Source: Lepidodermella squamata (Eukaryota > Animalia > Gastrotricha). From it: a stretch of DNA of 64,000 bases. Location of the stretch: assembly GCA_047495785.1 (NCBI GenBank), contig JBLDXI010000054.1, positions 248,001-312,000 of the forward strand, written 5' to 3'. The translations under genes were made by a program, and so were the position numbers. Positions within the stretch are counted from its first letter, which is position 1. Each line of letters begins with the position of its first letter. Positions 40,325 to 49,010 of this stretch are shown here, piece by piece. The notes beneath the pieces were generated by a model that saw only the letters and a program-made list of their open reading frames with translations, ran no database searches and was not told where the DNA came from.

Positions 40325-40703
40325 AGTAGTAAGAAATACCGATACTAGCCCGGGCAGCCGGCCAGGTGAATATGACCTGATAACTCGAATTAAATTAAAT
40401 TGAAATTCAAGTGACACCGCGTAAATGGGCGGGGGTCTTGTCCGCCTGGGTTTGGTGGGGTAGGGCCCGCACCACCGGGCGGACCGGGTAGTTCAAACCC
40501 CGCCCCTTTTCAAGCGATGATGAATCGATAATAACGGGAGTGGTTTCAATCTTTCTCTTCAAGCGAAATTCAGTTCCTAGTGTCTCATCGCACGACTGGT
40601 TCAGCTGGCAGCGATGATCGATGACCTGAAAACTGAAATAGGGTGATTCAATTGACGCGGTGTTAATGCCTTGAAACAAAATGGCGTCCCGGGCGCTGTA
40701 CAT
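40325..40703 (+). repeat. Left TIR
   Basis: Reverse complement of 58662-59040; three mismatches seen, all in the inner ~40 bp. Confidence 0.97.
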
Positions 40704-40787
40704 GAACGAATAAATCTAACTTTATTCTCCCAGAGCAAAATTTCTCTCAAAGCGATATTGCTCTTGAACCGAAAGTGGGACGACATC

Positions 40788-41265
40788 TTATTTTATTGCA
40801 ATATATAGAAGGGTCAAACAGAGTGATAGTGCAGGCTTGATCACACCGCTACGAGGGCCGCCGTTCTTTTTGCTTGCCCAACTAGGACCGCAGTCCAAAG
40901 TTTCGGTGTTGCAAAAGTCAGTACAACACTGGCAATAAGTTCCGGAACCATTCATTGTCAAATTAAGATAACTGACTCCCGAAGAGCAAGGCGGACTGTT
41001 CTTGTCAACGCAAGTGTATTGAACGAAGCCTGCGTTGCCTCCTTCGAACGAATAGGCCACTTTCTAATAACGGGAAGATGAAAAATTTCAAGCATGATGC
41101 AGCCATACATACCACACATTGAATGCAGCCGGTGGATGATCCTATCCCTGCCTGCTGCGTTCCTGTTAATGTTGAGTAGTAGCTCCCCTTAAAGTTTTGG
41201 AATCCCTGATAGCAGTTCAAGGCATGAATGATGGGCAACTGAGTGAGAATAAGAAATAACAGCAT
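40788..41265 (-). CDS. Ly6/uPAR (three-finger)-like, probably GPI-anchored protein, cargo 1 (exons 41265-41113, 41063-40788; 142 aa)
   Basis: Signal peptide, LNCY...CIQCVK...CQCCTDFCN, hydrophobic C-terminus; a 49-nt GTATGT...TTAG intron restores the frame. Confidence 0.85.
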
Positions 41266-41432
41266 TTTTGCAGTTGAACGTAGACTGATAATAAACAGAT
41301 GGCATAATGCTGTGGCTTGATGCTTCGTTGCCTGGCTACAGTCTCCCAGTCGCTATGGGGAAAATCGATTTGCAGCTGCTCTCACCACGAACGCCGTCAG
41401 TGCGATAGCTTGGTACATTTATTGTCGTTGAC

Positions 41433-41989
41433 ATGATCCCATCGATTCTATATTTTCTTACATCTCTCCATGCGGTCCTTTGTAAGTTATAAACATCATC
41501 AGTTTTACCGCTTACTTAATCAGTTGCATAGGTTTGTCATGCTACTCATATAGCAGTGTCAGTCCCGGGAGCACACTCGGAATAGCAAAAAGCGAGTGCG
41601 ATGCTTGCTGGGCTTTTCAAACTGTTACGACCGACTGTGACACCACCTCTGCCACGAGAGTTGATCTTTTCATGCAATGTGCATGTCGAGCTGGATCCAC
41701 TACCTGTACAGGTGTGAGACTCAAACAAGATCAATATTGTGGATTCCAAAACTTGACGACAAATACGTGCTGGGGAGCTGTGAAGGAATGTGTTTGTTGC
41801 TCAAATTACTGCAATCATGAAAATTTCTGCATTCCACCAACCGATAAAAAGTTTTACCTTCTTACGACAGCACCTCCAAGCGATACTACGTCACAGTCAA
41901 GTGGACGAAACACCTCTAACGCTTTAAACTTCAGATTCCTCACCGCAATAATTCCAGCTATAATCCTGATCTCGCTTCATTCAATTTAA
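41433..41989 (+). CDS. Ly6/uPAR-like, probably GPI-anchored protein, cargo 2 (exons 41433-41481, 41532-41989)
   Basis: Signal-peptide exon MIPSILYFLTSLHAVL, phase-1 GTAAGT...ATAG intron, LSCY...CDACW...CVCCSNYCN, Ser/Thr spacer, hydrophobic tail. Confidence 0.85.
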
Positions 41990-42063
41990 ATTACGCGAAA
42001 CAAATAATTTCCTGAATAAGTTTATTCTTGATGACAGTTTTGCGTCTCCATATATGCCTATTC

Positions 42064-42190
42064 ACAAAATTTGAAAAAATAAAAAAGTTGAGACGCGAGT
42101 TGGAATCGAACCAGTTACTTTATTCATACAACAAATTTGAAAAAGTTAAAAAAACTTGTGACGCGAGATGGAGTCGAACCGCATCCTTTA
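42064..42190 (-). promoter_or_regulatory. Two tandem B-box + oligo-T units
   Basis: Minus-strand GGTTCGATTCC (42102-42112) and GGTTCGACTCC (42170-42180), each followed by CTCGCGTC and T6-7; 68-bp spacing. Confidence 0.6.
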
Positions 42191-42221
42191 TAAGCATTAT
42201 AAGAAAGCGCATTTTTGTGTG

Positions 42222-42561
42222 TACACTGTGGCGTAGTGGATAAAGCGTCTGCCCTAGCAGACAGGCCGTACCTAGGCCTTAAACGGGGAGTGATGCCGCT
42301 AACGTGTTTGCCCAGGCGGTTAAACTGAGCAACGTCCTGGTACCGACGTAAAAAGGTCCCGTCCAAAGACGTAAAACTAAAACGACCTTGGTAGCGTCGA
42401 AAAACCTATCACGACATTTGTGAGGTCGTTAAAACTTCTATGTTAGGGAGATGAGCAACCAGTTCTCCACTGCGGTGAAAACTGCATGTTTTAAACTGGA
42501 AGGAAAGTCGTAGAAGACCTTCAGGCATCACGGGGCGGAGACTTTTGCTTTCGCAATTTTT
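42222..42561 (+). ncRNA. Putative Pol III-type structured ncRNA with a tRNA-like head (~340 nt)
   Basis: TATAAG at -33, A box TGGCGTAGTGG at +8, many hairpins, long-range helix GTGATGCC/GGCATCAC, terminal hairpin followed by T5. Confidence 0.6.
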
Positions 42562-42607
42562 ATTTACAGCATTATATAAAGTAATAACAAGTATATAGGT
42601 TGGGCCT

Positions 42608-42689
42608 CGTCCCGTAGCTCAGTGGTTCACGCACTGGGCTTTCCGTTTTGAGGGTCGGGTTCGAGTCCACACTGAAACAGAGAATTTTT
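42608..42689 (+). ncRNA. tRNA-like Pol III unit (not a canonical tRNA)
   Basis: TATAAA at -33, A box TAGCTCAGTGG (42615), B box GGTTCGAGTCC (42658), T5 at 42685; the acceptor stem does not pair. Confidence 0.6.
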
Positions 42690-42782
42690 CTTTCTTTTCT
42701 TCTCTTTCTTCTTCTTTCTCTTTCTCTTTCTTCTTCTTCTTTCTCTTTCTCTTTCTTCTTCTTTCTCTTCTTTTCTTTCTTT
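42685..42782 (+). repeat. Pure polypyrimidine (TTC/TTTC) tract
   Basis: About 100 nt containing only C and T. Confidence 0.85.
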
Positions 42783-42785
42783 AGA

Positions 42786-43058
42786 TTAAAACTTTTGCTT
42801 TTTCATTATCCAACTTCCACGATCCGTACTTTCAATAATATGACTGCTCAGAAGCGAATTAGATTGTCGAATTTCGCCCACTTCACGAGAATTCAAACAG
42901 TAAAAGTCATTTATAATATTCAGTAATATATTATTCTCCTCGGTGAAATCGAACACCCAGCCGTAGCAATTATCCATGTACATATCCAATTTCGATAAAT
43001 AGAACTGAAGGCTTTTGAGTTCCTGAGGGCTTTTGGGGTACTTGATCATTTGCTCCAT
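42786..43058 (-). CDS. Polinton hypothetical protein
   Basis: Short ORF directly downstream of pPolB. Confidence 0.45.
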   Translation of the reverse strand: MEQMIKYPKSPQELKSLQFYLSKLDMYMDNCYGWVFDFTEENNILLNIINDFYCLNSREVGEIRQSNSLLSSHIIESTDRGSWIMKKQKF

Positions 43059-43091
43059 TTTCACCTTATCTTATAAGCCTCACTGCTTTAA

Positions 43092-46000
43092 CTAAAAGAG
43101 GGAATCGCTACTTCTCATCAGCTGCATGAAATCAATCATGAAATGGCCGTGCGCGAAAGTGTTGATGCCATCATCACTGACCCATCGCTTATCATCATAG
43201 GGACACAGGGCAATCTTGGAACTTTGCATCGTAACTAAATTATGGGAGAATGATCGAATCTGATTGAAATTTATATTGACTACTTTCTTGTTCTTCACGC
43301 AATCCCTGTAATGGTCGAATGTCAGCTTCGACTTCACACCCTGCCGCTTAACTCCCTTCGCCTTTTTTATTTCATCTTTTTCTGAGTACAAAATTGCATA
43401 GACCTTGGATCGTGCCCCGGCGAATTCTCGTATTACACGTCCCTTTGCTTCGTCTTTAAATACGCCGTTAGTTTTACAGTTGACAGTTGAGAATAGGAAG
43501 TGATCTTTAGGATAATCAGAGAAATCGAATAGGTTTTCGATGGGTTTCATGTCTGTGTAAACGTCTTCAGTTGTGATATGGTAGCACAACGAATCTGTGT
43601 CTGTGAAAAGAAGCTTAGCTTTGTCGCCGTACTTTCGTTTGATGACATTGTAGTGGAAGTCGTACATATGCACCTTGGACAAATCCAAAATGGCTGCTCC
43701 AACGATAATTGGTCGATCATAAAAGATCTCAGTTTTTGCCATTTCCACGCTGAACAGCTCGTCACTTATCTTCTTAGCGTCCTTGAATGTTGGTTTGTTT
43801 ACTAGTTTCTGAAGCTTCTTAGGGCAAGTAACCAGTTTTAAGTCAATGCGATTCCGAACGTTCTCACAAGTTTTACCGAAAATGACGTTATTCATCAGTT
43901 TGAAAAACCCCTTCTCAAATTCGTTGCTAGCCTCTTTTCGCTTTCGAGTATTGAATGCGATATAGGGCTCGGCCCAATTGCTCTGTTTGAACTTCAAAGC
44001 TCGGTGCACCTTTTTCAGAACTAAACCATTATCAAGAGCTTGCTGTAGCGCGCGATAGTGCATGACGTAATGTTTCTTGTCGTTCAGATTTTGTGTTAGC
44101 TTTTTCACCTTCGCCGGCCTGTTTAGTCCTAATTGCTTATGCAGATCTTGCATGTGAGGGCTCGGTTCGCAAAGAATATGCTCTGGACAGAACGGATAGT
44201 CATTATGTGAGTCATGAAGCCTTGCAGGATAGTCGATATCAACCTCCAGCATGTACCCGAATTCGTCTTTGGCCCCAAGTGACTTCACGAAATCTTTGGT
44301 GATTGCTTCAGGACCAATCCATTCGAAGTCTTTCTGCGGTAACCACTGGGTCATCGCGAAAGAATAAAGCGCGTTGGCGTCCCAATACATTATAAACGAT
44401 TTCGGAGCATTTGCGTCATAGTCTGTCATACCTTCGTTATTAGCCTTCGCGTACCTCCCAGGAATAACAGCTATACCGCCTCTTATGCCTTTTTCAACGA
44501 ATTCAAGCATCTCCTTATTATCAAAGAGATCCAGTTCAACACGTGTGTATTTCAGCATCGCGTCCCAACTTAACCCAGGTGCACCTAAATAATGCGCCGG
44601 GTCCAGATCGTAATAGCTTATGCAGGTGTCTCGAAAACTGTCAAAACAATCTGCTAACAAGAGAACATCTGTTTTCAAATACAGGTCGTGGTAGTCTTTC
44701 AGAGTTTTGCAATTCAGTTTTGACCAAACGGTTTGTGCGTGTTCATAATCCTCGTCAGATATAGAAGTTATTTCGATTTTGTTATCATCAAGCGAACAAG
44801 AATTTAGTCTGTTTGAGAAATGCGACTTATTCGGTAGCTGAGTTTCATTCAGTTTGTCGAGGCTATCTATATAATCGTACGGATAAACTCCCTTTCGAAG
44901 CAGCAGGGATCTTTGTTCAGTTGTGAACTTAGAAAGCTGTTCATCAAAATGAGCGAACCTCTTTCCCGATTTTTTCAGATTACTGACTATTTGGTCCAGG
45001 CTTTCACTCATAAACTGAAACGAATCGATAAATCGAAGTTTGCCTATACTAAAACTTGAATACTTTTCCGAGGAATTAGCTATGACGTCAATCGTCAACA
45101 GGTTTGGTCTTTTCTTTTTGTCTTCTTTTTTGAAATTTGCAATCTTTTCTCCATTGATTTCGTTCACTACTTTTCCGGCTGCCTGCATTATCAAGTGCGA
45201 ATCGTACCCACTCAGGTTATGAAAAACAACCGGGATGAAAGAATGCTTGAGATTCAAATTCAGATTGCAGGCATTATGAGCAGCTCCTCTGAAACGGCCT
45301 GTAAGATGGTCATGATCGCGGACTTTATCGTCGCCCAAGGCGCTTCGGCAAACATGGCAGTGCTGTGCATTATCATAACTTTGTTGCTCTGGTTGAGATA
45401 ACACCATGTCTTTATTGGTTTCCTGGATAAATTTCCTCAAACTGTATTGCTTTTTAATCAAGAATCTCAGGAACTGCTCCGCACAATTTGCCCCTTCAAA
45501 CTGCCAATACTTCGAACGGATCTCAGGTACCTTACTAGCCAGTAAACATCCGAAGGAATTCGCAACATGCTTCTGATAAATCAAGGACCTACCCTTTTGA
45601 ACATCGGAATTCGTTAGCGTAGTCTCCGCATCACAATAGAAAACAAACGGTACTTCAAGCTGCTTGTAGTAATTTTTGAAAATAACTCGGCTACCTTTCG
45701 GAGGAAACTTCACTATGACGTTGCCATTTACTATGCAATTATGCTCTTTAAGCTTTATTTCGCTGTCGAATCCAGTCAGACACTGTAAGCACCAATGCTT
45801 TTTGTGCTGATCAGAACTAGGCAGCAACCGGCTCAAATTTTTTATCCAGCTGAAGTGTGCTATCACCTTAGCACCGTCTCTGAGAGTAGTTCGCAGTAGG
45901 TTAACTTCTTGGGCGTACGGTTTCTTCGACGCGTAGTATGAAATAAAGCGATGGCAACCATCTTTTTCTTTGTATTCAATCACGTTGATCTTTATCCTAT

Positions 46001-47135
46001 TCTGATCTTCAAGATTTGAAATATCGTTCCACGAAATGGGAAACTTGATACCGTCATGTTTCAGTTCATTTTTAAATAACTTGTACTTGGATGTTTCCTG
46101 TGCATTTTTATCTACTGGATGCAAGCAAGCCAGCATGCTCCAGATTATGCATTCATCGTCGGTGTTTTTAACATTTATAACGGCCTTTTTATCAGCAATA
46201 AACTTCGGTGTTGGAATGTAAGATCCTGTCCCTAACGGGCAGTAGCTGAAAGCACAAACACGGAGTCGCGAAATGTTTTGAAAGATCCATCCGGAGCCGC
46301 GCTGCTCGTAATTCTCAATGGCACCACCAAGTTGAGAGAAGTGTTGGTCTACAACGCTCCCTATGTCATCATATTTCCTGATAACTGGGGCAGCCTTTAC
46401 AGCGGAAGACCATTTATGTTCTGATTTACTATTGTTGTCTTTTTTCCAATTCAAATCAGCGTTAAACACGATTTTGATGTTATCATTTTGCTCTAATTTT
46501 TCTTGCACGTAGTTAACAACTGATTCCCTAGCCTTTTCGGTAAATAGATGGAAATCACTTCCTGAATTATGAGCTTCAATGTCTAACCTATAAAGGATAT
46601 TCTTGAAATGCTCGGGATTTTTCTGCTCATTAAATTCCATGTAATTGTTATCCTCAAGAGAGTTAATCCGCTCGATATAATTGTAGCCTTCGGCAATCAA
46701 CTTGTTGTACGTTGGTCCACCCCATTTGATGAATTTCAAAGTCTTAGGATTTATGACATGATTTTCTTTCTGCCCTCTGAACACCATTTCACCAGCAGCA
46801 TTCAAGAAATAGCCATCTTTACGCAGCCTCTGATAGTCCTGGCTGCCCCTTTTTATCTTGCTCACACCTCGTTTCATAAGCTGATTATTCGCATCGTCAT
46901 AGAAAAACTCCTTTTCAAGTTTTTTGAAGTTGGACGAACCGATAGAAATATATTTGTTTGTGATAGGATTTAATACTGTTTTCCGTTGGGTTCTCTCGTA
47001 AGGCATCCCACCCTTCGTCCAACGGTTATCTTTTAATTCAAAACCCTTCCTCAATAGCGCATTGTATGCTCGGCCACCAACCTTAATACGACGACCGTTA
47101 GGTCCCATTACATTGGTTTCACTGTTGTCGGTCAT
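43092..47135 (-). CDS. Protein-primed family B DNA polymerase (pPolB)
   Basis: Exonuclease motifs YCDAE, HNLSGYD, YLKTDV; polymerase motifs YWDANALYS, KLMNNVIFGK, FTDTDS; endonuclease VII-like Zn insert CHVC...DHDHLTG...HNACN. Confidence 0.97.
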   Translation of the reverse strand: MTDNSETNVMGPNGRRIKVGGRAYNALLRKGFELKDNRWTKGGMPYERTQRKTVLNPITNKYISIGSSNFKKLEKEFFYDDANNQLMKRGVSKIKRGSQDYQRLRKDGYFLNAAGEMVFRGQKENHVINPKTLKFIKWGGPTYNKLIAEGYNYIERINSLEDNNYMEFNEQKNPEHFKNILYRLDIEAHNSGSDFHLFTEKARESVVNYVQEKLEQNDNIKIVFNADLNWKKDNNSKSEHKWSSAVKAAPVIRKYDDIGSVVDQHFSQLGGAIENYEQRGSGWIFQNISRLRVCAFSYCPLGTGSYIPTPKFIADKKAVINVKNTDDECIIWSMLACLHPVDKNAQETSKYKLFKNELKHDGIKFPISWNDISNLEDQNRIKINVIEYKEKDGCHRFISYYASKKPYAQEVNLLRTTLRDGAKVIAHFSWIKNLSRLLPSSDQHKKHWCLQCLTGFDSEIKLKEHNCIVNGNVIVKFPPKGSRVIFKNYYKQLEVPFVFYCDAETTLTNSDVQKGRSLIYQKHVANSFGCLLASKVPEIRSKYWQFEGANCAEQFLRFLIKKQYSLRKFIQETNKDMVLSQPEQQSYDNAQHCHVCRSALGDDKVRDHDHLTGRFRGAAHNACNLNLNLKHSFIPVVFHNLSGYDSHLIMQAAGKVVNEINGEKIANFKKEDKKKRPNLLTIDVIANSSEKYSSFSIGKLRFIDSFQFMSESLDQIVSNLKKSGKRFAHFDEQLSKFTTEQRSLLLRKGVYPYDYIDSLDKLNETQLPNKSHFSNRLNSCSLDDNKIEITSISDEDYEHAQTVWSKLNCKTLKDYHDLYLKTDVLLLADCFDSFRDTCISYYDLDPAHYLGAPGLSWDAMLKYTRVELDLFDNKEMLEFVEKGIRGGIAVIPGRYAKANNEGMTDYDANAPKSFIMYWDANALYSFAMTQWLPQKDFEWIGPEAITKDFVKSLGAKDEFGYMLEVDIDYPARLHDSHNDYPFCPEHILCEPSPHMQDLHKQLGLNRPAKVKKLTQNLNDKKHYVMHYRALQQALDNGLVLKKVHRALKFKQSNWAEPYIAFNTRKRKEASNEFEKGFFKLMNNVIFGKTCENVRNRIDLKLVTCPKKLQKLVNKPTFKDAKKISDELFSVEMAKTEIFYDRPIIVGAAILDLSKVHMYDFHYNVIKRKYGDKAKLLFTDTDSLCYHITTEDVYTDMKPIENLFDFSDYPKDHFLFSTVNCKTNGVFKDEAKGRVIREFAGARSKVYAILYSEKDEIKKAKGVKRQGVKSKLTFDHYRDCVKNKKVVNINFNQIRSFSHNLVTMQSSKIALCPYDDKRWVSDDGINTFAHGHFMIDFMQLMRSSDSLF

Positions 47136-47227
47136 GATTGTATATATTATACTAAGAAAATAATCTTTAAGTAATTTTCCGCAATTGAAGAAAATCTTAT
47201 ATAGTTTTTTTCTGATGATAATATATA

Positions 47228-47527
47228 ATGACTACAAACACGATTAAGCAAAGAGGTCGCCCGAAGAAATATCTGACTGAAGAAGAACGCGAGACAGGCT
47301 ATCGTGATCAGCATCGTATAGCTTGCAAAAACTACTGGAAGAAAACTATGGAAGTTGTTAGAGCAAGTCGTGGACAGGGAAAATGTCATGAAGTAACTTC
47401 ACAAATGGAAGGAGCGATCACAAGTGACAGAATGTGTGAGCCTAAGCCTGAAAACCTTACGACGAAGGATATAGAGGAAATTATAAATCAAATGTTGGCA
47501 ACAAAACTGCAAAAATTGCTCTCATAG
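47228..47527 (+). CDS. Small AT-hook-like basic protein
   Basis: RGRPKKY-x-TEEER motif; divergent from pPolB. Confidence 0.6.
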   Translation: MTTNTIKQRGRPKKYLTEEERETGYRDQHRIACKNYWKKTMEVVRASRGQGKCHEVTSQMEGAITSDRMCEPKPENLTTKDIEEIINQMLATKLQKLLS

Positions 47528-47552
47528 GCTTCACTGTGCGGTCATGATTGAA

Positions 47553-48974
47553 CTAATCCAACAAGTTATCAGCGGGCTCCCAAGTCGGCTTATCATATCC
47601 TGCCCATTTGACGTAAACCATTTCTTTACCTTTAACTTTCTTCCTTCTCAAAATCTTTTCAACCCGGTAAAGGTTTTCTTGCTGTTGGGAAGATTTCTGC
47701 AATTCCTGTTCGTAAAAGCTACCTACTACTGGTTCACCATCTAGAGCCTCGATTTTATAGGTTCTAGGAATGGTTTCGTTAACCTTGACGACTTTAAGAA
47801 GCTCTTCACTCCATGAAGGGTGGAAACCTTTTTCAAAGGTCTCTTTCAGTCGGCTGATCCTCACAATGTCACCAAGAGCGAACTTGGGCTTACGTAACTT
47901 TTTTTCATCTGATTCCGCGTACAAATTGTTGTGAACGATGTCTCTATTCTTTGGATCTATCGCCTGAGTTGGCGTCATTCGAATCGATCTGTGCTTAGTA
48001 AGGTTGTACTCTCGAACTAGGTCATCTAATATTGCAACCCAATTACGTGAGTTGTTAAGTGTAAAGCGTTTCCACATTCTAGTTTTAAGAGTCCTGTTAA
48101 ACCTCTCGATCATAGGGTTATGAAAATTTTCATAGGTCGAGTACCGATTCACCTTATTTGCTTTCAACCATTTAGTGAAGATTGAATTATAAAATTCACT
48201 ACCCTCATCGACCCAAATATTTTTAGGCTTTCGTCGGCTTGTCTTAATAACTGATGAGAAGGCATCGAAAACACTTTTTGCGTCTTTTGATTTCAGTGGG
48301 ACGGCCCATGCATATCTGCTGAAGCAGCATATCACGGTCAAAATGTACTTATAGCCATTATTGTCATCGGTCAAGTCGTTCATGAAGACAATGTCCATGC
48401 CCCATGTGTCGTCAACGTTATGCACATAAACGCGACGTCTTGGAAACCGCTTTCTTGCGGGTTTATGAAGCTCCTCAGCTAATGTTTCAAACTTCATTTT
48501 GCTAACTGTTTCTGATCGCGGCGGCTCTTGTTTTGTCTTTCGCTTCGGAATTTGTTGCGAGTAGCTAACAGGTCTCCTATCTCGAAGAGCCATGCCTTTC
48601 CCTTGCAGATGGTCAGCGATTCCACCTTCAACGAACGTTTTGTAGACAAATGCTGCCATAGCCCTCTCATAACCACTTTTCGATCGATCACTAGCAATCC
48701 TGAGTGCCTTGTCTGCAAGAATTCTATCGCTAACGGTGCGTCGCTCTCTGTCTTTGTAAAAGTGATAAGCAGCGTCATGTTCTCTGGCTGCCTCGTCCAA
48801 CTCATTTATACCTCTGTAGCCCTGGCTCATTCTTTGAACAAAATGTGTTCCTGGGCCAGCGTAGCTATATGACTGCTTATTGTTATAAGACCCTCCAGGA
48901 ACGGTTTCTCCTTGAACGGGATAACTCGGTAAATGGAATTCCACCGGCAAATTGTTAATTATTCTGTCAAACAT
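47553..48974 (-). CDS. PLA2-like domain fused to a retroviral-type integrase with chromodomain
   Basis: YAGPG and HDAAY (parvoviral-type PLA2); DDE triad WGMD / VDEGSEF / IERFNRTLK; chromodomain VEKIL...VKWAGY...TWEP. Confidence 0.93.
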   Translation of the reverse strand: MFDRIINNLPVEFHLPSYPVQGETVPGGSYNNKQSYSYAGPGTHFVQRMSQGYRGINELDEAAREHDAAYHFYKDRERRTVSDRILADKALRIASDRSKSGYERAMAAFVYKTFVEGGIADHLQGKGMALRDRRPVSYSQQIPKRKTKQEPPRSETVSKMKFETLAEELHKPARKRFPRRRVYVHNVDDTWGMDIVFMNDLTDDNNGYKYILTVICCFSRYAWAVPLKSKDAKSVFDAFSSVIKTSRRKPKNIWVDEGSEFYNSIFTKWLKANKVNRYSTYENFHNPMIERFNRTLKTRMWKRFTLNNSRNWVAILDDLVREYNLTKHRSIRMTPTQAIDPKNRDIVHNNLYAESDEKKLRKPKFALGDIVRISRLKETFEKGFHPSWSEELLKVVKVNETIPRTYKIEALDGEPVVGSFYEQELQKSSQQQENLYRVEKILRRKKVKGKEMVYVKWAGYDKPTWEPADNLLD

Positions 48975-49010
48975 TATTCATTAGGACTTGAAATTCTAAA
49001 TAAAGAGCAA

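Noticed and set aside
40202-40703. ORFs 40202-40417 and 40407-40703, and their mirrors 58605-58958 and 58948-59148
   Set aside because: They are translations of the TIRs; their identity reflects the inverted repeat, not genes.
42310-42332. GCCCAGG...AAAC.GAGCA resembling SRP RNA helix 8
   Set aside because: No GNRA tetraloop and no Alu domain or helix 6 context; a simple hairpin explains it.
42608-42680. Functional tRNA gene
   Set aside because: Acceptor and anticodon stems do not pair; kept only as a tRNA-like Pol III unit.
42648-42926. Phe/Ser/Leu-rich ORF
   Set aside because: Translation of the pyrimidine tract.
48933-49010. Longer ATPase start at 48933
   Set aside because: It overlaps the integrase start on the opposite strand; ATG 49011 fits the TCTA spacing.
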